Source: Psychrobacter cryohalolentis K5 (lineage in GTDB: Bacteria > Pseudomonadota > Gammaproteobacteria > Pseudomonadales > Moraxellaceae). From it: a DNA stretch of 32,000 nt. A program made the position numbers and the translations under genes. Below are positions 26,944-32,000 of the stretch, one piece after another. How positions within the stretch are numbered: position 1 is the stretch's first letter; each line of letters begins with the position of its first letter. The stretch covers positions 2,430,001 to 2,462,000 of the forward strand of contig NC_007969.1 of the NCBI RefSeq assembly GCF_000013905.1, read 5' to 3'. Under the pieces are notes generated by a model. That model saw only the letters and a list, made by a program, of their open reading frames with translations, searched no databases and was not told the origin of the DNA.

Positions 26944-28944
26944 TTATCTCATTAATAACTCATTAACACGTCTGAGATAAGCGGCTGGATCATCTAACTG
27001 ACCGCCATCTGCTAGTAATGCTTGGTCGAAAATAACTTGCGCCAATTTATCAAAATCTTCGGCTGACTGCTCGCTACTTTCAAGCTTTTTAATCAATGGA
27101 TGATCAGGGTTAACCTCAAGCGTCGGCTTGCTTTCTGGCACATCTTGACCCATTTGCTTAAGCATCTGAATCATTTGTGGTGATAACTCACCTTCACCAA
27201 CGACTAAGCAGGCAGGACTATCAACCAAACGCGTCGATACTTTAACGTCTTTGGCACGTTCGCCTAACGCCGTTTTTAGCTTATCAACGATAGGCTTCAT
27301 GGTTTCTTGCGCTTTTTCAGCTTCAGCTTTTTCGGCTTCGTCTTGCAAGTCGCCCAAATCAACGGCACCTTTAGCGATGTTTTGTAGCGGTGTCTCATCA
27401 AATGAGGTCAAGAAATTCATCGCCCACTCATCAACACGGCTAGTCATCAAGATAACTTCGATGCCTTTCTTTTTGAATAGCTCTAATTGTGGGCTATTTT
27501 TAGCAGCCGCTAGATTGTCAGCCGTGAGATAATAGATGGCTTTTTGACCCTCTTTCATACGTGCTTTATAGTCTTCAAAGCTGGTCGTCACACTATCCTG
27601 AGTACTGGTTGCATAACGCAGCAATTTGGCAATACGTTCTTGATTGCCCATGTCTTCGCCAACGCCTTCTTTGATAACATCACCAAATTCAGCGTAGAAC
27701 TGCGCAAATTTTTCTTGCTTATCACTGTCTTCACTGTTGGCTAGACTGGCTAGCAAAGTCAAAATACGACGCGCGTTACCATCGCGGATAGACTTCACAT
27801 CACGCGACTCTTGTAATAGCTCGCGGCTGACGTTCAATGGCAAGTCTGCTGAATCGATGACACCTTTGACGAAACGCAGGTACATTGGCAACAGCTGCTC
27901 TGCCTCGTCCATAATAAAGACGCGCTTAACATAAAGCTTTAGACCATGCTGCTGCTCACGAGTGTACAAATCTACAGGGGCTTTTTTAGGAATATACAAT
28001 AGCTGAGTATACTGAACACGACCTTCGACACGGTTATGCGTCCATGCTAGTGGCGCGTCCATGTCATAGGTGATATTTTTATAAAAATCGATATACTCTT
28101 CATCTTCAATCTCAGAGGCTGAACGTGTCCATAAGGCACTGGCTTTATTGATAGTTTCCCATTCGTCTGTTAAGACCATTTGACCATTGGCAGGCGTGTC
28201 GCTTCCTTCTTCAACCTCATCTTCTTGCCAAACTTCTTTACGCATCTGAATCGGCAAGCTGATATGGTCTGAGTATTTATTAACCAACTGCTTAATTTTG
28301 CCACGGTCTAAATAGCTTTCTTCACCCTCACTATATTGCTCTTTTAAATGCAAAGTAATGGCGGTGCCACGAGTTTCTTTAGTGATAGGCTCAACGGTAA
28401 AGCTACCCGTACCATCTGATACCCAGCGTACGCCTTTATCCGCAGGTTCGCCAGCTTTGCGGGTTTCAACACTGATCGTATCGGCAACGATAAAGCCCGA
28501 ATAAAAGCCAACCCCGAATTGACCAATCAACTGACCATCTTGCTTTTGTGATTCAGACAGCTTGTCTAAAAATGCTTTAGTGCCAGATTTGGCAATTGTG
28601 CCTAAGTTTTCGATGGCATCAGCTTCGTTCATCCCGATACCGTTGTCGGTAAAGGTGATGGTTTTAGCGTCTTCATCGACGGCAATGCGAATTTTTAGCT
28701 CGCCATCGTCTTCATAAAGGCTGTCATCATTGGTCGCTTCAAAGCGCAATTTATCACAGGCATCAGAGGCGTTTGAAACCAGCTCACGGACAAAAATATC
28801 GGAATTAGAATATAGCGAGTGCGTCACTAAGTGCAATAATTGAGCTACTTCTGCTTCAAAGGTATGTTTTTTTAATTCTGGGCTGCTTTTATCAACATTG
28901 ATGCTATCAACTTTTTGATTATCAACTGGGTTCAGTTCACTCAT
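26944..28944 (-). CDS. htpG: Molecular chaperone HtpG (Hsp90)
   Basis: [42 protein letters not shown], and the full-length Hsp90 architecture. The start is set at the ATG 28942-28944, 6 nt downstream of aaggag. The track's TTG start overlaps that SD. Confidence 0.96.
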   Translation of the reverse strand: MSELNPVDNQKVDSINVDKSSPELKKHTFEAEVAQLLHLVTHSLYSNSDIFVRELVSNASDACDKLRFEATNDDSLYEDDGELKIRIAVDEDAKTITFTDNGIGMNEADAIENLGTIAKSGTKAFLDKLSESQKQDGQLIGQFGVGFYSGFIVADTISVETRKAGEPADKGVRWVSDGTGSFTVEPITKETRGTAITLHLKEQYSEGEESYLDRGKIKQLVNKYSDHISLPIQMRKEVWQEDEVEEGSDTPANGQMVLTDEWETINKASALWTRSASEIEDEEYIDFYKNITYDMDAPLAWTHNRVEGRVQYTQLLYIPKKAPVDLYTREQQHGLKLYVKRVFIMDEAEQLLPMYLRFVKGVIDSADLPLNVSRELLQESRDVKSIRDGNARRILTLLASLANSEDSDKQEKFAQFYAEFGDVIKEGVGEDMGNQERIAKLLRYATSTQDSVTTSFEDYKARMKEGQKAIYYLTADNLAAAKNSPQLELFKKKGIEVILMTSRVDEWAMNFLTSFDETPLQNIAKGAVDLGDLQDEAEKAEAEKAQETMKPIVDKLKTALGERAKDVKVSTRLVDSPACLVVGEGELSPQMIQMLKQMGQDVPESKPTLEVNPDHPLIKKLESSEQSAEDFDKLAQVIFDQALLADGGQLDDPAAYLRRVNELLMR

Positions 28945-29059
28945 AAAAAACTCCTTCAATTTATGTTAAAAACTTATTATAAGATAGCAGTCCTCAAACG
29001 AAACTTACTCAATGAATATTAGAGAGCTTACGTTTTGAACACTGCTAAGCTGTTTATAC

Positions 29060-29088
29060 TAATAGGGGCGCGAGAGAAAATTTCAAGC
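29060..29088 (-). promoter_or_regulatory. Sigma32 (RpoH)-type heat-shock promoter for htpG
   Basis: The minus strand reads gCTTGAAAttttctctcgcgCCCCTATTag. This compares with the E. coli sigma32 consensus CTTGAA-N13-17-CCCCATnT. It lies ~115 nt upstream of the htpG ATG. Confidence 0.6.
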
Positions 29089-29111
29089 GTAAAAACTTGA
29101 TTCAATAAAAA

Positions 29112-29139
29112 ACACCGCTCTAGTTTCCTGAGGCGGTGT
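29112..29139 (-). terminator. Rho-independent terminator after the catalase gene
   Basis: Stem acaccgc ... gcggtgt. On the minus strand it is followed by tttttatt. Confidence 0.65.
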
Positions 29140-29202
29140 CATTGTAATGATAATAGATTTAGCAAGTATATTTAGTAATACGTTTTTAGATAAACCTATC
29201 AG

Positions 29203-30747
29203 CTATAAGCAGCTAGGCAAATGACGAGCAGGATCCGAATCACGGGCTGCCATTGCATCTTCAACCGTTAAACCTAATGCTTTGGCAACGCCTTCGCCAT
29301 AAGCAGCATCACACCAGTTACAGTTGCGAATGTGGCGATACTGAATAAAGTCCGGCACACCCGCCATATTGTTCGCTGTGTTTTCAAATAGCACTTGTTG
29401 TTGCTCAGCACTCATCAAATTAAACAACGCTCTCGGTTGACTGAAATAATCGCTATCGTCTTCACGGAAATCATAATGCGCCGCATAGCCGTCAATTTTT
29501 AATGGTGGCTCAGCATAATCAGGCTGCTCTTGCCACTGGCTAAAGCTGTTTGGTTCATAATGCGGGCGACTGCCATAGTTATCATCGACACGTCCTTGAC
29601 CATCACGATGATTGCTCATCACAGGGCAACGCGGCTTATTCACCGGAATTTGCTGATGATTGACACCAACACGATAACGCTGAGCATCGGCATAGTTAAC
29701 CAAGCGATTTTGTAGCATTTTATCCGGTGAAACGCTGATACCCGGTACTAAATTACTTGGGGCAAATGCTGCTTGTTCCACATCGACAAAGTAGTTGTCA
29801 GAGTTTTTGTTTAATTCAAACTCACCCACTTCGATCAGTGGGTAATCCCCTTTTGGCCATACTTTGGTCAAGTCAAACGGATGATAAGGAACGGTATCCG
29901 CCTCAGCTTCTGGCATGATTTGCACATACATTTTCCATTTTGGGAAATGACGATTTTCGATGGCATCGTACAAGTCTTTTTGATGACTTTCACGATCCGA
30001 ACCAACCACCTCTGCCGCTTCTGCATCGGTCAAGTTCTTGATGCCTTGTTGCGTGCGGAAATGGAATTTGACCCAGAAACGTTCTTTGGCTTCATTCCAA
30101 AAACTATACGTGTGCGAGCCAAAACCATGCATATTTCTGTACGAGGCTGGCAGACCGCGATCACTCATAACGATGGTGACTTGATGTAATGCTTCAGGTA
30201 ATAAAGTCCAAAAGTCCCAATTGTTGGTCGCCGAACGCATATTGGTACGTGGATCACGTTTGACGGCTTTGTTTAAATCTGGGAATTTGCGCGGATCACG
30301 TAAGAAGAACACAGGCGTATTATTACCCACCATGTCCCAATTACCTTCTTCGGTGTAGAATTTCAAAGCAAAGCCACGAATATCGCGTTCGGCATCAGCC
30401 GCGCCGCGCTCACCTGCGACGGTACTAAAGCGCGCAAACATTTCCGTTTGCTTACCCACTTCGCTAAAAATATCCGCACGGGTATATTTAGTGATGTCAT
30501 TGGTCACGGTAAAAGTACCAAATGCGCCTGAGCCTTTAGCGTGCATGCGGCGCTCTGGAATCACTTCACGGGCAAAGTTGCCTAGCTTCTCGTTTAGCCA
30601 GATATCTTGTGCTAATAATGGACCACGCTTGCCTGCAGTGAGACTGTTTTGATTGTCTGCAACTGGTGCGCCGTTGCTCATCGTCAATTGGGTCGGGGCG
30701 TAAGGACATTTTTTATCGCTGCTATTATTACTGTTGTTGTCGCTCAT
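29203..30747 (-). CDS. katA: Monofunctional haem catalase (small-subunit type)
   Basis: [24 protein letters not shown] (distal His), [27 protein letters not shown], and the proximal Tyr region [14 protein letters not shown]. The start is set at the ATG 30745-30747 (MSDNNSNN..., 514 aa). Confidence 0.95.
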   Translation of the reverse strand: MSDNNSNNSSDKKCPYAPTQLTMSNGAPVADNQNSLTAGKRGPLLAQDIWLNEKLGNFAREVIPERRMHAKGSGAFGTFTVTNDITKYTRADIFSEVGKQTEMFARFSTVAGERGAADAERDIRGFALKFYTEEGNWDMVGNNTPVFFLRDPRKFPDLNKAVKRDPRTNMRSATNNWDFWTLLPEALHQVTIVMSDRGLPASYRNMHGFGSHTYSFWNEAKERFWVKFHFRTQQGIKNLTDAEAAEVVGSDRESHQKDLYDAIENRHFPKWKMYVQIMPEAEADTVPYHPFDLTKVWPKGDYPLIEVGEFELNKNSDNYFVDVEQAAFAPSNLVPGISVSPDKMLQNRLVNYADAQRYRVGVNHQQIPVNKPRCPVMSNHRDGQGRVDDNYGSRPHYEPNSFSQWQEQPDYAEPPLKIDGYAAHYDFREDDSDYFSQPRALFNLMSAEQQQVLFENTANNMAGVPDFIQYRHIRNCNWCDAAYGEGVAKALGLTVEDAMAARDSDPARHLPSCL

Positions 30748-31058
30748 AATCATATTCCTTTGGATAGCAAATGGATGAAAGTACAAAACCTATTCTGAAT
30801 AAGCCTCTAATAACATATCCAGAATAGTTGTAAATGTTTCTGAAAAACGGCTATTTTTATTCATAGTAACCTGTAAACACAGTAATCTTGCCTCGTTAGA
30901 CACCATTACAACCGATTAGCATTGATTTGTATAATTAATTAATTACATGCTTTCATTTTGTTTTTCAGAATTACTCAAAATATTGTCTAACTCATCCAAA
31001 TGCTTTTCATTCATAGAGCGATCTCAAACAATGACTACCTATTGGATACATCTTTGCA

Positions 31059-31874
31059 CTAGCGCGGCATGGGACGAATAGTCAGAATTTGCTCACTACG
31101 ACCAAAAGGTCCTTGCGTATCATGTAATATCGCGCTGCTAATTCCTATGCCATCAGCACCGTATTGCTGCACGGCTTCGATTCCAAGCCAGCGACCTTGC
31201 GGCGCGCGATGCATATGAATTTGCAAATCAGTATTGGGGAACATCCATTCCAATTTTGCCATCCCCAGTCCAAGCCTTGGTACAACACCATTGGCAGTAT
31301 CGGCCATACCCAATAAATGCACCATGTCATGGGTAGGCATACCCTCTACCATGTCGATATCATTAGTCATCCATACCATACCTTTACCAGGACGGCGATT
31401 AGGTTCAGCCACCAAACGTACGCTTTCAATGAAACCGCCGGGCCAGCCTTTCATACCATCCCAAGCGGGTAACGCTTCAGGCTTATGTATGGATTTTTGA
31501 TCTTCAAGCCCTGCAATGACACTGGTATCTTGAGTAATCAAGCGCCATGCACGCGCAATGATGGCATCGCGACCACGACTGCTCATCACTGCTTCGATAA
31601 GCTCAATAGTCCTACCCGGACGGATACATCGCGTAGTCACGATAAAATCATCAAGCGGTATCAGCCCTAAAATATCTAAACTGATACGAGCAATGCGCAT
31701 ATTTTCTTGTGGTATAAAACTTTGTAATTCGGCAGTGAGCAAGCCGGTGGCTGGCGCCATATGTTGCTCATGCTCGTTCCAAGCGCCTTGCGCATGCTTC
31801 GTTGGCTGATAATAAGCAACACTACTACCATCTGCTTGCTGCTCACGTTTTATAAAAGTGTAATAAGCTGACAT
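31059..31874 (-). CDS. Thioesterase-like (double hotdog, TesB-related) family protein
   Basis: At 271 aa, its size and two-lobe pattern resemble acyl-CoA thioesterase-like proteins (4HBT_3-type). This is recognition by resemblance only; no catalytic motif was verified. Confidence 0.5.
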   Translation of the reverse strand: MSAYYTFIKREQQADGSSVAYYQPTKHAQGAWNEHEQHMAPATGLLTAELQSFIPQENMRIARISLDILGLIPLDDFIVTTRCIRPGRTIELIEAVMSSRGRDAIIARAWRLITQDTSVIAGLEDQKSIHKPEALPAWDGMKGWPGGFIESVRLVAEPNRRPGKGMVWMTNDIDMVEGMPTHDMVHLLGMADTANGVVPRLGLGMAKLEWMFPNTDLQIHMHRAPQGRWLGIEAVQQYGADGIGISSAILHDTQGPFGRSEQILTIRPMPR

Positions 31875-31940
31875 GAATGTCCTCGAATTCTTTTTAAAAT
31901 AGATTGATTAGGTATAAAAGAAAGGTAGTCTTTCTTTGTT

Positions 31941-32000
31941 TAGCGCATAAGGGCTTGCTTTTGTACCGTCAGCAGTGTGCGACTTTTAGCCATTACAAAT
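31941..32000 (-). CDS. Possible 3' end of an unidentified minus-strand CDS entering from beyond the window
   Basis: The frame is open from the window edge to the TAA at 31941-31943 (...FVMAKSRTLLTVQKQALMR*). The AT-rich hairpin aaagaaag-gtagt-ctttcttt (31918-31938) follows. It is too short to identify. Confidence 0.25.

Noticed and set aside
26944-28959. The ORF track shows longer N-termini for htpG (TTG at 28959), the catalase (30786), rpe (23532), trpH (4928) and yciB (TTG at 4999).
   Set aside because: In each case an internal ATG reproduces the canonical family N-terminus. For htpG the longer start overlaps the aaggag SD itself. The extensions are treated as artefacts of longest-ORF calling.
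1-32000. I searched by eye for CRISPR arrays, tRNA/rRNA genes, IS elements, integrases, toxin-antitoxin pairs, restriction-modification genes and other defence genes.
   Set aside because: None was found. There are no regularly spaced direct repeats, no cloverleaf-like GC-rich intergenic segments, and no transposase, integrase, nuclease or ATPase motifs in any ORF. All intergenic regions are short promoter or terminator spacers, except those reported as findings.

Overview
This window looks like an ordinary, mostly housekeeping chromosomal segment of a gammaproteobacterium. Protein sequences and composition suggest Moraxellaceae, possibly Psychrobacter-like; this is inference and was not verified by any search.

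I support about 30 coding regions:
- tRNA/rRNA modification: truD, mnmC, rsmJ, tsaB.
- Envelope and quinone: uppP, ubiA.
- Secretion: ffh and its divergent partner ypjD.
- The trpH(yciV)-yciB-yciI neighbourhood.
- Metabolism: purU, rpe, S-formylglutathione hydrolase.
- Stress: htpG with a sigma32-type promoter, and a monofunctional catalase.
- The rpmB-rpmG ribosomal protein pair.

Two genes are missing from the supplied ORF track. One is rpmG (51 aa, below the size cut-off). The other is a truncated Rieske/FAD oxidoreductase fusion at the left edge. Several track ORFs have over-extended N-termini, and I give corrected starts.

I found no tRNA/rRNA genes, CRISPR arrays, transposases, integrases or recognisable defence genes. 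I do not see a convincing novel multi-gene system.

The items most worth a second look are:
- a low-GC islet carrying one large Ig-like/Ca-binding surface lipoprotein between purU and rpmB;
- a polytopic membrane-anchored C13 (legumain/caspase-fold) peptidase;
- three small uncharacterised ORFs between rpmG and rpe;
- a GGDEF cyclase with a ~60 aa low-complexity insertion inside the catalytic domain;
- an unusually long, structured rpmB leader and rpmB-rpmG spacer.

All functional calls rest on motif recognition by eye from the translations. No database searches were run.
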